Shown here: in pieces, positions 1 to 10,200 of the stretch | How the letters are laid out: every line of letters begins with the position of its first letter | Position numbering within the stretch: the first letter of the stretch is position 1 | DNA from: Lentimicrobiaceae bacterium | Lineage (GTDB): Bacteria; Bacteroidota; Bacteroidia; Bacteroidales; UBA4417 | DNA: 64,000 nt | NCBI GenBank assembly: GCA_031550085.1 | Contig: JAVBOY010000015.1 | Coordinates: 27,429 to 91,428, forward strand | Direction of reading: 5' to 3' | Notes under the pieces: model-generated | Seen by the model: only the letters and a program-made list of their open reading frames with translations | Told to the model about the DNA's origin: nothing | Database searches by the model: none | Made by a program: the position numbers and the translations under genes

Positions 1-995
1 GCAATTTTTTCGACACAGGTGATGGCTTCGTGTGAGGCCACGTGTGCTAAAGCCGGCCCATGCACAATGTCCCCGATGGCATAATAGCCTTCGACATTGG
101 TACGGTAAAAATCGTCAACTACTACTTTCGATTTTTCGGTCTTGATACCGGTTTCTTCCAAGCCAATACCTTCGATATTGGGTGAAACACCAACAGCGGA
201 AAGCACCATGTCGCATTCGATGATTTCTTCTGCTTTTGGGGTTTTTACGGTTACCCTACAAATCTCGCCTTTCACTTCCACTTTTTCAACGGAAGAAGAG
301 GTCATTACTTTCATTTTCATTTTTTTGAAGGAGCGTTCCAATTGTTTCGAAACTTCTTCGTCTTCGACGGGAACAATGTTGGGCATAAATTCTACCAACG
401 TAACTTCGGTTCCGATGGATTGGTAAAAGTAAGCGAACTCCGAACCGATCGCTCCCGATCCGACAATCACCATGCGTTTGGGTTGTTCGGGCAGGGTCAT
501 GGCCTGGCGGTAACCGACTACTTTTTTCCCATCCTGGGGCAAATTGGGCAATTCGCGCGAACGGGCCCCGGTAGCCAGAATAATATGGTTTGCGGTGTAT
601 TCGGCAACGGTACCTTCGGCAGCAGTGACTTCCACCTTTTTACCGGGTTTCACTTTGCCGAAACCGTTAATGACTTCAATGGCATTTTTCTTTAATAAAA
701 ACTGAACGCCTTTGCTCATGCCGTCGGCTACTCCGCGCGAACGGGCAACTACGGATTGAAAATCGATGGCTGCATCGCCGTTCAACTGAACGCCATAATC
801 GGAAGCGTGTTTCATATAATTGAAGACGGAGGCGCTTTTCAGCAAGGCCTTGGTTGGAATGCAACCCCAGTTGAGGCAAATTCCACCTAGTTCGGCTCGT
901 TCTACAATGGCGGCCTTTAATCCCAATTGGGCGGCGCGAATGGCGGCGACATACCCACCGGGGCCGCTGCCTATGACAATTACATCATAATTCAT
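1..995 (-). CDS. lpdA: Dihydrolipoyl dehydrogenase (E3 component), N-terminal ~331 codons; 3' end lies beyond the left window edge
   Basis: Hand translation of the minus strand from ATG at 995-993 gives [55 protein letters not shown] (FAD GxGxxG plus redox-active CxxxxC). The same frame near the edge reads [33 protein letters not shown]. It is absent from the ORF track because it is open at the window edge. Confidence 0.9.
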   Translation of the reverse strand, partial: [331 protein letters not shown]

Positions 996-1158
996 ATAAA
1001 ATCGGGTTTTGCTTTAATTTTCAAAAATACAAATTAACTGATAATCTTGAACTTGGGTAGTTCCTGGATTTTTAAGAAAACAACCATTCAAAAAACAAAA
1101 TCGGCCTCCGACTTTTATGCAAAAACGCAAGACCGATTTTTATAAATAAAACGACTCC

Positions 1159-1716
1159 TTAGCAATTGCAACCGCTGCCGCAATCCGAAGACTCACACGA
1201 ACCACTGTCGCACGAACCTGAGCAATCGCAACCATGCGAATGCCCGTGTTCCAGCTCGGCTTCGGTGGGTTCGCGGACTTCCAGAATTTTTCCGGTAAAA
1301 TGCAGGGTTTTGCCTGCCATGGGATGGTTGAAATCCATTTTTACCATGGTATCGGTAACTCCCATGACTTTCCCTTGCAACATATTGCCCTGATTGTCAC
1401 TCATCGGAATGACGTTGCCCAACGAAAGCATGTTTTCGTCAATTTCTCCGTTGACGCGAAAAATTTCTTTATCCAGGTCAATCACTGCATGGGGATTGGT
1501 TTCACCGTAAGCTTCCTGGGCAGGAAGAATCATCTCGTAACTGTCGCCGGCTTTCAGGTTTTGTAGATGGGATTCAAAGTGCGGAAGCATCATCCCTACG
1601 CCGTACATAAAGGTCAAAGGGGCTGTCTCGTTTGTTATTTCGATTACTTGGCCATTGGCATCATTTTCTTTCAGCGTATATGTAAGAGAAACGATTTTGT
1701 TTTTTTCAATTTGCAT
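1159..1716 (-). CDS. slyD: FKBP-type peptidyl-prolyl cis-trans isomerase, SlyD-like, with Cys/Ser/Gly-rich C-terminal tail
   Basis: 185-aa ORF with ATG start. It has an FKBP fold with an inserted chaperone flap (LTFMYGVGMMLPHFESHL, HPMAGKTLHFTGKILEVREPT). The tail is HGHSHGCDCSGSCDSGSCESSDCGSGCNC. Confidence 0.85.
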   Translation of the reverse strand: MQIEKNKIVSLTYTLKENDANGQVIEITNETAPLTFMYGVGMMLPHFESHLQNLKAGDSYEMILPAQEAYGETNPHAVIDLDKEIFRVNGEIDENMLSLGNVIPMSDNQGNMLQGKVMGVTDTMVKMDFNHPMAGKTLHFTGKILEVREPTEAELEHGHSHGCDCSGSCDSGSCESSDCGSGCNC

Positions 1717-1894
1717 CGAGTTTGTGTTTTAAAAAGGGTTATTATTCTTTTGCTTAATTAACGTGGTTCTAGCGGTTTTGTTTAGCTGCCGGCCCACAAT
1801 TTTGCAAATTTACGGCTTTTCCTTTTTATGGAAATGGGAATCAGAGAGTAGGTGTGAATTATTATCATAAAAATATGTAATGCGCACCTTACCA

Positions 1895-2485
1895 AAGGTT
1901 TGAAAAAATTCAACAGTTGATGCCCCACGGGCAAATGATTGTCGTGAAATATTCTGCCTATTGATGTTCATGTCCCATGGACAATGAAATAATGGTAACA
2001 AGAATTTCCCGTTAGGAGAAGAATATCCATAAACACCGGACAAATGGGAAATTATATTGCCCGTCAGGACAGGAATCGCTCAAAAAATTTGAGTTGGTTC
2101 TCTCTGATAGTCGTCATATATTCGTTGATACCCCACGCAAATGATTGTCATGGAATATTTATCTATCGATGTGGTTGTACGAACTTAAATAATGATAACA
2201 TACACACCGGTTGGGAAGAATCCTCTCTATAAAATCGGTGTGGATCTCGTACAACAACTGCAATAGCACCTGTCAGGTGAAAAACATCAATAAACAGGAC
2301 AGGAAGATAGAAACAAATTGCCCGTCAGGGCATGAAGCATTCAAAAAAATTTGAATAGCTTCCAACGGCCATAATTTCCTCGTTGATGCTCTACAGGCAA
2401 ACAATTGTCGGAATATTTATCTATTGCTGTAGTTATCCTACGGACGATAGTGGTAGCGTAATTCCTCTGTCGGGAAGAAACTTAC
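1895..2485. repeat. Three diverged tandem copies (A, B, C) of a non-coding unit of roughly 200-260 bp
   Basis: The GTTGAT cores start at 1916, 2124 and 2382 (spacing 208 and 258 bp). Aligned cores: A gttgatgccccacgggcaaatgattgtcgtgaaatattctgcctattgatgt; B gttgataccccacgcaaatgattgtcatggaatatttatctatcgatgt; C gttgatgctctacaggcaaacaattgtcggaatatttatctattgctgt. Second block: A ataatggtaaca..tttcccgttaggagaagaat; B ataatgataaca..caccggttgggaagaatcc; C gatagtggtagcg..cctctgtcgggaagaaac. Each copy is preceded by an A/T palindrome (1900-1913, 2079-2093, 2339-2356). Indels between copies break every reading frame. Confidence 0.7.
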
Positions 2486-2557
2486 TGCTTATTTCCTTTC
2501 CTCAGTTATTCATAACAAATAAGGATAATTGTTTGTAACCCACCACTAAACAGAATT

Positions 2558-3805
2558 TTAAACCTCCACACAGAGTTTTTCAACGGCCTCCAGATTTTCC
2601 AAACGACTCAACAAAGGAGGATGTGAATAATGGACATAAACATACCAGGGATGGGGCGTAAGGTTACTCAGGTTCTTGACCGAAAGCTTTTTCAATGCAT
2701 TTGCCAGTGCCGGGCCGCTAAAAGTTTCGGCAGCAAAGCGGTCGGCTTGGTATTCGTGCCTGCGCGAAACGACATTGGATACAACTCCCAAAATCATGGA
2801 TATGGGCGAATAAAGTAATCCAAAGGCGATGACGCCGATGTGAAAACTTGTGTTTGTTGTTCCCAACGCTTCCGACAACAACGGATTGCCCAGCAGCAAC
2901 GAAAGGACATAGAACATGATGCCGGTTTGCACCACACTGGAAATTAATCCGGTAAGGATGTGTTTCTTTTTGTAATGCCCGATTTCGTGCGCCAGTACAG
3001 CAACCAATTCTTCGGTAGTGTGTTCTTTGATCAGGGTGTCGAAAAGGACGATCTTTTTTTGTTTCCCAAAGCCGGAAAAATAGGCATTGCCTTTCGTGGA
3101 ACGTTTGGAACCATCCATGACAAAGATATTTTTCAGGTTAAAGCCTGCTTTTCCGGCAAATGCGGCAATGGCTGAACGCAACCCGCCTTCTTCCAATGGG
3201 ATTAGCTTGTTGAACAGGGGTAAAATCAAAACGGTATAAAAATAACTGAGAAAAATCGAAAAGAAAGTAACCGCCATCCAAGCCCAAAACCAAAACCAGG
3301 AAGCGGTTTCGGTGTAAATCCAAACCAAAAAAGCGATAATTCCTCCTCCCAATAACGCTGCCATCAGCCAGCCTTTGAGTTTGTCCAGCATGTATGTTTT
3401 CACTGTGGTGGTATTGAATCCGAAGCGTTCCTCAATGACAAAAGTGTGGTATGCATCAAAAGGAGTGGAAAGTAAATCGGAGGCGAAACCTAAAATTCCG
3501 AAAAACAACAGGGCCTGCCAAACAGGCGATGGAGTAATTCCCTGAACCCAATGATCCAAATAAGCAAAACCCTGTACAAAAAGCATGGCCAGAATAAGTG
3601 CAAAGGAAAGGGTTTGGGTGTACATGGCAAACCGGAAATTTGCCTTTTGGTATTTTTGTTGCAACAAGTATTTTTCTTCGTCGTAAATTCCTTTTAGCTT
3701 TTCGGGAACCGTATTGCTCCAAGTGGTCGTATTCAGGTAGTCTAAAAAAATATCGATTAAAAATCCGGCAACAACAAAGGATAGGATCAAATAATAGAGG
3801 AACAT
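2558..3805 (-). CDS. M48 family zinc metallopeptidase (Ste24/CAAX prenyl protease-like), polytopic membrane protein
   Basis: 415-aa ORF with ATG start. It has several N-terminal hydrophobic helices, the HEIGH zinc motif (LAHEIGHYKKKH) and a downstream EYQADRFA glutamate motif. Confidence 0.85.
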   Translation of the reverse strand: MFLYYLILSFVVAGFLIDIFLDYLNTTTWSNTVPEKLKGIYDEEKYLLQQKYQKANFRFAMYTQTLSFALILAMLFVQGFAYLDHWVQGITPSPVWQALLFFGILGFASDLLSTPFDAYHTFVIEERFGFNTTTVKTYMLDKLKGWLMAALLGGGIIAFLVWIYTETASWFWFWAWMAVTFFSIFLSYFYTVLILPLFNKLIPLEEGGLRSAIAAFAGKAGFNLKNIFVMDGSKRSTKGNAYFSGFGKQKKIVLFDTLIKEHTTEELVAVLAHEIGHYKKKHILTGLISSVVQTGIMFYVLSLLLGNPLLSEALGTTNTSFHIGVIAFGLLYSPISMILGVVSNVVSRRHEYQADRFAAETFSGPALANALKKLSVKNLSNLTPHPWYVYVHYSHPPLLSRLENLEAVEKLCVEV

Positions 3806-3871
3806 AAATCTGAAAAAGGTTATTTAAAATAAAGGATCGGATGCATTTCCAACAACCAAAACGACAGATTG

Positions 3872-4354
3872 TTATTCTTCTTTCTTCGCTTTTTGCGCTT
3901 TAGTCACGACAATACCTACTTCAGAAATACCGGGATTGTCATATTTTTGGCTTACACTTTCTATTTTTAAATGACAGGTTCCTTTTTCGGTAACGACCAG
4001 ATTGGACCACAAAAGGCTCGTAATTTCATACATGCCGTTGTCCATCGCTTCTCCTGCAAACTTGAGGTCCTTCTTTAGGATCACTTTTTTTTCCATATAC
4101 CGTTTTTCACCGGAAGGCAGATTCAGAACAGCGTAAATCGGAAAGTCATCAAAAGGAGTCTCGTTGGTAACACGCATTTTGAAGTAAATGGCTACTTCTT
4201 CTCCGGCTCTTTGAATGGGGATATCAAATTCCTGGTTGCTAAACCGTAGCCAATTGTTATTTTCTTGTTTGTGGTACTTTTCAAAAATGGGTTTTGAAGT
4301 ACAGGCCGTAAAAACAAATACACTGATCAGAAAAATAGATAAATACCTCATCAT
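3872..4354 (-). CDS. gldH: Small lipoprotein, GldH-like (gliding motility/T9SS-associated)
   Basis: The lipoprotein signal is MMRYLSIFLISVFVFTAC. The pattern C..KP.FEKY...W, ..PFDDFPIY, P.G, then ..PGISEVGIVVTK near the C-terminus matches my recollection of the GldH family. The assignment is by pattern only. The ORF-track start at 4357 is TTG, and the ATG at 4354 is preferred. Confidence 0.55.
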   Translation of the reverse strand: MMRYLSIFLISVFVFTACTSKPIFEKYHKQENNNWLRFSNQEFDIPIQRAGEEVAIYFKMRVTNETPFDDFPIYAVLNLPSGEKRYMEKKVILKKDLKFAGEAMDNGMYEITSLLWSNLVVTEKGTCHLKIESVSQKYDNPGISEVGIVVTKAQKAKKEE

Positions 4355-4381
4355 CAATAATTTTTTGATTATAAAATTTCT

Positions 4382-5464
4382 TTATTCGGTAATGACGCCG
4401 CTTCCAAAACAAATTTTGCTTTCGGCATCGTAAATTACGCCGAATTGTCCGGCCGCAATGCCCGAAATGGGTACATCGCTTTGGATGGTCCACAAATCGG
4501 GGGCATTTTGTACCAAGGTTCCCTGGTTAAACTCAGGCGAATGGCGGTTTTTAAACGTAATCATCGAAGGCTTTGTTGAATCGGGAAATGGATTTTCGGT
4601 AATGAAATTCATATCCGTTAAACGGATTTCGGTTCCGTATTGCGCAATGGGATCGTAACCATTTGATACATAAATAATATTTTCAGTAATGTTTTTTTTC
4701 ACCACAAACCAAGGTCCCAGGCTCAATCCCAGACCTTTGCGTTGTCCGATAGTATGATACCAGTACCCTTTGTGTTTCCCCAGTATTTTCCCGGTTTCCA
4801 ATTCCACAATCGGGCCTTCTTTTTCACCCAAATATTGTTTTAAAAAATCATTGTAATTGACTTTTCCCAAAAAACAGATTCCCTGGCTGTCACGCCGGTG
4901 TGCACTCGGGCTGCCTACTTTGCAAGCAATTTCGCGGACCTGGGGTTTCAGCATTTCGCCTATCGGAAACATCAGTTTGGAAAGTTGTGCATAGGTAATT
5001 TGTGCTAAAAAATCGGTTTGGTCTTTCACCGGATCTTTGGCGGTTCCTAACCAGATTTTACCGGATTGTTCAAGCGTAGTGGCATAATGTCCGGTGGCAA
5101 TTTTATCAAAATCGCGGCCCCAGTATTCTTCGAATTTGCCAAACTTGATCAGGCGGTTACACATCACATCGGGATTGGGAGTCAATCCTTTGCGGACTGC
5201 AGATAAGGTATAATCCATGACATTGTCCCAATACTCCTGGTGCAAAGGCACAATCTCCATTTTCAATCCGTAGTGGCGCGCCAACCAAGTAACCAGCTCA
5301 ATATCTTCTTCGGACGAACAATCCATAAAATGTCCGTCTTCTTTCATGCCAATGCGAATGTAAAAAATGGTCGGATCAAAGCCGTATTCTTTGAGCAAAT
5401 GCAACATGACCGAACTGTCGACTCCCCCCGAAACCAAGGCTGCAATTTTCATGTTTTTAATCAT
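4382..5464 (-). CDS. mnmA: tRNA 2-thiouridine(34) synthase MnmA
   Basis: 360-aa ORF with the PP-loop motif VSGGVDSSV and typical MnmA length and C-terminal barrel region. An alternative ATG at 5452 (MKIAALV) is possible. Confidence 0.9.
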   Translation of the reverse strand: MIKNMKIAALVSGGVDSSVMLHLLKEYGFDPTIFYIRIGMKEDGHFMDCSSEEDIELVTWLARHYGLKMEIVPLHQEYWDNVMDYTLSAVRKGLTPNPDVMCNRLIKFGKFEEYWGRDFDKIATGHYATTLEQSGKIWLGTAKDPVKDQTDFLAQITYAQLSKLMFPIGEMLKPQVREIACKVGSPSAHRRDSQGICFLGKVNYNDFLKQYLGEKEGPIVELETGKILGKHKGYWYHTIGQRKGLGLSLGPWFVVKKNITENIIYVSNGYDPIAQYGTEIRLTDMNFITENPFPDSTKPSMITFKNRHSPEFNQGTLVQNAPDLWTIQSDVPISGIAAGQFGVIYDAESKICFGSGVITE

Positions 5465-5618
5465 TGGGTGGCAGATAACGGGTGACGCATCCGTTTCTTT
5501 CGATCTTTTTACCGTTCACCATTTACCTCTCACCGTTAGGTCTGCAAAGTTCCAAAAAAATAGTTTATCCTCCGCTGGGATTAAAATGTGTTGTGATTTT
5601 TTAATAGGCTGAAAACCG

Positions 5619-5626
5619 TACTTTTG
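5619..5626 (+). promoter_or_regulatory. Bacteroidota -7 box TActTTTG upstream of anmK
   Basis: tacttttg lies 42 nt upstream of the anmK ATG. The -33 region is only T-rich (tttt-N18). Confidence 0.45.
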
Positions 5627-5667
5627 CAAGCGGTTGTTCAATCAAATCCAATTTTTATCGTTACACT

Positions 5668-6726
5668 ATGCATACAGTCATCGGATTAATGTCAGGGACT
5701 TCTCTCGATGGGGTCGACCTGGCTGCTTGTGATTTTTGGGAAGAAAGCAGGGGGTATCAATTTAGCATCCGGCAGGCGGAAACAATTCCTTACAGTCCGG
5801 AATGGAAAAGCCGCTTGTCGAATTTGTTTTCGGCAACAGCATTGGAATTTGCCCGGACACATACCGAATATGGTCGCTACTTGGGCGAACTGGTACGGAT
5901 TTTCGCATCCCGGCATCAATTGAAACCGGCAGTAGTGGCTTCGCATGGGCATACGATTTTTCATCAACCACAGCAACATTTCACCACACAAATCGGTGAA
6001 GGAGCCGCCCTGTCAGCCGAATGTGATTTTCCGGTGGTTTGTGATTTCCGCACCGGCGATGTGGCGCACGGCGGACAAGGAGCCCCGCTGGTTCCCATCG
6101 GTGATGCTTTGTTGTTTGGGGAATATGATTTTTGTTTGAATTTGGGTGGTTTTTCAAATATTTCATTCGAAAAAAACGGGCAACGGGTGGCGTTCGACAT
6201 TTGCCCGGTAAATATCGTGCTGAATGAGTTGGCGCAACAATTAGGTTTTTCGTTTGATGAAAATGGAAACGGAGCGAAAAAAGGAGAGTTGGATCCAGTT
6301 TTGTTTTCAAAACTGAACGCCTTGCCGTTTTACCGGCAAGAACCTCCTAAATCCTTGGGACGTGAATGGGTTGAAACTATTTTTATGCCTGTTTTAACGG
6401 CATCCTCCGCTCCCATTCGCACTCAGCTTCGCACAGCAACGGAACATATGGCTTTTCAAATTGCCGCCGTACTGAATGACAGCCAAAGTGAAGGGAAAAA
6501 GATGTTGGTTACGGGTGGCGGAGCTTTCAATGCATTTTTGATAGATTGCATCCGAAAGCAAACGGCCACTACTGTGATTATCCCCGACGAAGTGATTGTA
6601 AATTATAAAGAAGCGCTCATTTTTGCATTCCTTGGTTTTTTGCGGATGCACGGAAAAGAAAATTGTCTGGCTTCAGTGACCGGAGCTACAAAAAATGTTT
6701 GCAGCGGCGCGGTTTATTTGCCATAA
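5668..6726 (+). CDS. anmK: Anhydro-N-acetylmuramic acid kinase
   Basis: 352-aa ORF with the N-terminal signature GLMSGTSLDGVDLA and the internal GGQGAPLVP motif typical of AnmK. Confidence 0.9.
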   Translation: MHTVIGLMSGTSLDGVDLAACDFWEESRGYQFSIRQAETIPYSPEWKSRLSNLFSATALEFARTHTEYGRYLGELVRIFASRHQLKPAVVASHGHTIFHQPQQHFTTQIGEGAALSAECDFPVVCDFRTGDVAHGGQGAPLVPIGDALLFGEYDFCLNLGGFSNISFEKNGQRVAFDICPVNIVLNELAQQLGFSFDENGNGAKKGELDPVLFSKLNALPFYRQEPPKSLGREWVETIFMPVLTASSAPIRTQLRTATEHMAFQIAAVLNDSQSEGKKMLVTGGGAFNAFLIDCIRKQTATTVIIPDEVIVNYKEALIFAFLGFLRMHGKENCLASVTGATKNVCSGAVYLP

Positions 6727-6738
6727 CCTATAAGCAAA

Positions 6739-6766
6739 GGGGCTGTCCAAAAAGCCGGATAGCCCC
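6739..6766 (+). terminator. Hairpin after anmK (10-bp stem with one G-U, no U-tract)
   Basis: ggggctgtcc-aaaaagcc-ggatagcccc lies 13 nt after the anmK stop, between convergent anmK and gcvH. There is no T-run, so confidence is low. Confidence 0.4.
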
Positions 6767-6806
6767 CAATGCAGAAATAAAATTCTTACAGTTCCCGGTT
6801 CGTTTG

Positions 6807-7187
6807 TTATGCTTCTATTAGTTTTTTGTACTCATCTGCACTCAATAAAGCGGAAACTTGTTCAGGGTTCGTAAGGCGCACTTTTACAATCCAACCTTTT
6901 CCGTAAGGGTCCGTGTTTACGTTTTCGGGATTGTCGGCAAGTTCTTCATTAAATTCGATAATCTCTGCAGAAACCGGGATAAAAAGGTCTGAAACGGTTT
7001 TTACCGCTTCAATGGTACCAAATGTAGCGCCTTCTTCAATGGTTTCTCCAAGGGTGTTTACTTCAATAAAAACGATATCACCCAATTGATGTTGTGCAAA
7101 ATCGGTAATCCCGATGATGCCCTCATTTCCTTCCACTTTTATCCATTCGTGGTCTTTGGTGTAATGCAAATTAGCAGGAATATTCAT
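6807..7187 (-). CDS. gcvH: Glycine cleavage system protein H
   Basis: 126-aa ORF containing [12 protein letters not shown] and the lipoyl-lysine motif EAVKTVSD. Confidence 0.93.
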   Translation of the reverse strand: MNIPANLHYTKDHEWIKVEGNEGIIGITDFAQHQLGDIVFIEVNTLGETIEEGATFGTIEAVKTVSDLFIPVSAEIIEFNEELADNPENVNTDPYGKGWIVKVRLTNPEQVSALLSADEYKKLIEA

Positions 7188-7211
7188 GTTTGTGTTTTTT
7201 TATTTTCGTGT

Positions 7212-7241
7212 CAAAGGTAGTGAATCCTTTTTAATTTCAAA
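7212..7241 (-). promoter_or_regulatory. Candidate gcvH promoter TTTG-N18-TAccTTTG
   Basis: The plus strand has caaaggta at 7212-7219 (reverse complement TACCTTTG) and caaa at 7238-7241 (reverse complement TTTG). The -7 box lies 25 nt upstream of the gcvH ATG. Confidence 0.5.
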
Positions 7242-7274
7242 GCAATTTTACAGGCTTCCTAAAAGATTTGGGTA

Positions 7275-10200
7275 CTATTGCGCTAATAAGAAACTTAAAG
7301 TAATACCTGCTGCCGTGTTTGAGGTCGATACCTGAATTTGCGGCCTGTTAATAGATGTTTGGACAAATGCCCGGGCGCTTATGATCGCACTTAAGACGTA
7401 ATCGGCAGAAAGATTGATTGTATACTTTTTAAATCCGGCTGAAACTTCGGTATGGTTGTCCTCAATACTCCGCAAAAGCGTAATGTTGTCCATAATCGAG
7501 AAATCGGCCCGTATATTCAAATCGCTGCTGATTTTCTTTGCTTTCTTCGTCGGATCCAGCGACAGGATCCTAAAAGGAACATTTTTGAAACGGTATCCAA
7601 ATCCGGTAACGTATTCGCTGCTTCCCAATTCCGTGATTTGATTGTTCACAAAGCTCAGGGTAAGCGTCCGGGTCTTTTTATACTCCAAAACGATTTTCAT
7701 ACTGTTTTTCAGCGTCATATCAACACCAATCAATGGCGAAAATTGTTCCGAAAGTACCACCACATCCATCCGCTGGTACGGGATGAAGTCGTTAATTTCG
7801 TCGCGCTCCGAGGGATACCCATTTATAGCTTTGTAATTGATATCCGAAATAAATGACCCGATCGTATACGTTGAACGGTAATTATGCCTTAGAGTAACCG
7901 ATTGGAAGTTTTTCTGCAACGATTTGATTCCTTGATGCAAATTGTACGTTAAATTCCAGTTGGGCAGCGGAATTTTTTTAAACGGACTAAGATTCATGCT
8001 CGACGCATCACGTCCCGAATATCCGGAAAGGAATGAGCCCAAAAGAACTTGTGCCTGCGTATTGCTATATCCAACCGGGAATCCTAATGAATCCCGTTCT
8101 CCTGTATAATTCGGGTTTTGGCTTGCCAAGCGGTTTGCTACGACAATCCGGTTGTCCAACATGGTTGTAAACGCTTTATTACTGTAGTCCGAGTATGTTT
8201 TCGCAAAAGCCGTGGGCCACATGAAATAGGAGATCGTAAAACTTCCCGTTTCCTGCGGTATCGAAGAATTGATATTCCCGAAAGCATCAACGGTAAACAA
8301 TTCTTGGCTTCCTTTCCGGTAAGTCCGGTCAAAATTGACGGTAATTTTCAGGTTTTTAATGGGCTCCACGTTTGATCGCAGTTGAAATGCGTTTTGCGCA
8401 TTAACGATATACGGATTATTCAGAAGCGAATCCGTAGTGAGCCAACCTCTTTGGGCCGCCTTTTGCCGAATGTCTTTTTGACTTCCCAAAATAAAACCAA
8501 AACCCGGAGCCTGTGTATTATTCCAGTCATTTCCAAGCAAGCCCGGTTCAGGCATAAAGCCGGGTAAAGAAATTGTATTCGACTGGTTATAGGTAAAGCT
8601 CAAATCTTTCACCGACATCAAAACTCCCAGGAAATAGGTGGATGCTATTTTAAGATAATTCGGCTTGGGTTTTGGAACCGTGTCTTGTGGATTTTTTGCC
8701 GCCGTATTGCTAAGGCCCTGTTTTTGTGTATCTGCGGTTCGTTGTTGTCCTCTTTGACCCTGATCGGTTCCCATTTTTTGCAAGTCCTGAGTGGCTTTTT
8801 TCAGAAATCCGACTTTATCATACAATTTGGTCAGTGTGGCAGAACCCGAGAAACCCATTTCCCTTGAGTTGTCAATGGTATTCCCTAATTGTGATTGGAC
8901 CGACTTGGGCGAGGCAACCCAACGGTATGCCGCTCCATATTGCGCGGTTCCCGTAAACCAATCCAACGCTTTGACCTTATTAAAAGGCAAAATATAATTA
9001 ATCGAATAGGTTTGAGTAAAGTTGTTGGGTGATCCGAAACTGCGGATTGAGTTCCATACGGTATCGCGGTAAGCGCTTGATCCTTTATCAACTCCTCCGG
9101 AAGGTTCATCAATATAGGCATCCATCCGGGCGTTATACTTAAAGCGGATGGATTGTGCAATTTTATACTGCAAATCGTAGGAACGGGTCCAATCCCAGCG
9201 CTTCATATACGTCGGTTCCAAAATAATAAGGGCATCGCTCTTATTTCGCAGCATCCGCCGCTGATAATCGCGCCGCATATCGGTTTGAAATGAAAAAGAT
9301 TCCGGTAAGTAGTAAAAATTAAAATCGTTTATCAATGCAGGTAGCTTGGTTGCCGATTTAAACGGCTTCACAACTTTGGGACTTATGGCAAACATATAGC
9401 CCAAGGCGCCATTGTAAGATTTTGTCTTATCGGACTCGACGTCCACATTGTGTTTTTTGATTTCACTATAGGAATAGGATACATTAAAGTTTTCAATGTC
9501 CCATGGGTAAACTTTTTTAGGGGATCCCGCCACCCGCTCCTTCCGCACATTCATAAAGTTGATGCTCTGCCGTTGCACCACATCTTGGGTACGTTCGCGC
9601 AAGGAATCTCTTTGGGATTTCTGCAAATTATCGAGCTGCTTGCTGTATTTGACATCAGGATCCAATGGGTTGTACTCCGGATTCATTACAGTTTGCGTAT
9701 AATCGTAATGCAAAGGCAAACGGAGCCCGACGTTCTCTGGTAAGAATTTCCCCAACTCCAGATTTGTGGCTACATCAATTTGCTGGATGCTTTCTTTTTG
9801 GCGTTGGTTTATTTTTTCCTCAATGCTTCCAAATCCGGCAGTGCTGTATGAACCGGCAAGTACGATATTTCCCAAATCGGACAAAGTGGTGCTCAGCCGA
9901 CCTGTTGCAGCAAAGGCCGAATTTTCTTTAAAGTTGGTCAAACGCAACTCGTTGACCCAAATTTCGGCACATTTGGGCTGCCCGTCATCATCACTCTGCC
10001 CTCCGGTATATTTCGGATTTCGGACTCCAATCATAAACACACGTACATCGCTCAGGCTGGGCATTCCCAATATCGTTGTTTTCTTTCCGTTTTCCACAGT
10101 TACCCAAGGTAAAGTCGTGTTTGTGCTTCCTCGCTCCAATTTGGTATTCACCAATTCTTCAAGGTCTAAATCGATCATATTCGCATCCGGCCAAATGGCG

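Noticed and set aside
1810-2232. ORFs 1810-2043 (minus, 77 aa) and 2044-2232 (plus, 62 aa) as real genes
   Set aside because: They lie in the tandem-repeat region. The homologous positions in the other repeat copies contain stops and frameshifts, so conservation is at the DNA level and not the protein level.
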